A stretch of 60,910 bases of DNA from Folioceros fuciformis. Its lineage: Eukaryota. The notes beneath the pieces were generated by a model that saw only the letters and a list, made by a program, of their open reading frames with translations, made no database searches and was not told the origin of the DNA. Each line of letters starts with the position of its first letter. Position 1 is the stretch's first letter. This document shows positions 59,851 to 60,910 of this stretch, piece after piece. The stretch is taken from the NCBI GenBank assembly GCA_049999805.1, contig JBNGIO010006095.1, positions 70,393 to 131,302 on the forward strand, in the 5' to 3' direction. Position numbers and translations under genes: made by a program.

Positions 59851-60727
59851 ACGATCAAGATTTATCGAAGAATGTTGATAGGGTGAAGGATTGGCTTGAA
59901 CATCAACTAAGCACTAATCAAGACAATCTTGCTTCAAGACGGCATGGGTTGTGTGGCATCCAAGGAGCCAAAGAACAGAGTAGCAACTCTAGAGAGATGG
60001 ACGTGTTGTAGGAAAAAAAGGCATTGGGGTGATGACCCTGCGCACGAGGGAATGAAACCCATTGCAATGCCTATCTATGCGACGCCAATTCAGAATGCAA
60101 ATTCATCTTACCCTCACGAAGGAGAGTAGACGATGACTAAACCATGGATTAGAATAGGAAAGGTTGTGAGCTCGGTATGGACAAGAGTTCCACAATTGTT
60201 GATTGGGAAGAATAGGTGCTACCCAAAAATGTGTGTCCCAACCTCATTGCAAACAAGAAAGTTGCAAGCACCAGGCACCAAATATTTTTAATACAGTGCT
60301 GTGCAATGCCATTGTGATGCACAAACACTTAACTCAAGGATGTGTTAAAGCATGAATGAATATTGCCCTTTGAGGCTCTATAGTTGTTGTCATGTGTAAT
60401 TATAATGATCATTTGTGTGCTTCTTTTGTTTTCCCCTCTACTAGTTTTGATATGCCACTCGCTGAGTCTCATAACTTTTTTGTGTAACCAACATCTACAC
60501 TTGATTTGAGTTTGTCCAGCTGGTTCTTAGAGTTTTGTAAGAAAAAGTCTACACAAAAGTTGATCTTTTTTGTGACATATGTTTCTACCTCAAGGTTTTA
60601 CTTGAAATATCTCAATTTAAGTAAAATTTTAATAATCATAAGTAAGTATCAACTAAACCTAAATTCTAGCACACCTTTAGGCATAGCACATATTATAAAC
60701 AAGTATATCAAGGTTCCTCTATGTGTA

Positions 60728-60825
60728 GAGTTACATTTATACAATAATTATAATATGAAGTTAAAAAATCATGAGTTGCATTTATGCAATAATTATAACA
60801 TGAAGTAAAAAAAACCATGAGTTCA
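60728..60825. repeat. ~45-bp AT-rich imperfect tandem duplication
   Basis: GAGTT.CATTTAT.CAATAATTATAA.ATGAAGT.AAAAA.CAT twice. Confidence 0.8.
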
Positions 60826-60910
60826 TCCATGTAATTGATTTCATCATATGTTACAAATGTTACAATGGTCAAGACCATTTTTGTTTTTTTTTCTCAACTA
60901 CATTCTTGTG

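Overview
Eukaryotic nuclear DNA from a gene-dense land plant, most likely a hornwort. This is inferred from very short introns (mostly about 70-130 nt), tight gene spacing and PLS-PPR proteins ending in the WW-type 'PGxSWWTD' box. Bases 1-15 kb are a transposon nest: a decayed Ty1/copia element split at its RT/RNase H junction by a 4.2 kb GC-rich TG...CA insertion with a 5-bp TSD; a decayed Ty3/gypsy pol with an inverted copy of its own LTR start; and a Mutator-like transposase relic whose inverted repeat supplies the stop codon of the next gene. Bases 15-58.4 kb carry 11 spliced or intronless genes: LRB/POB1-like BTB protein, DSE1/TAN WD40 protein, GTG/GPR89, importin-beta1, a PLS-E+ PPR, beta-expansin, a receptor kinase, HBS1, NPC1, a GT37 fucosyltransferase and Elongin A. 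There is also a PPR pseudogene, a gypsy integrase relic and a foldback element. The most unusual object is the receptor kinase at 35281-37993(-), whose ectodomain is two tandem phytocyanin/ENODL-like domains lacking the full copper-ligand set, fused to a WAK-like RD kinase. Assembly gaps lie at 6093-6192, 13880-13889, 14781-14880 and 23016-23115. All family assignments come from motif recognition by eye; no searches were run.
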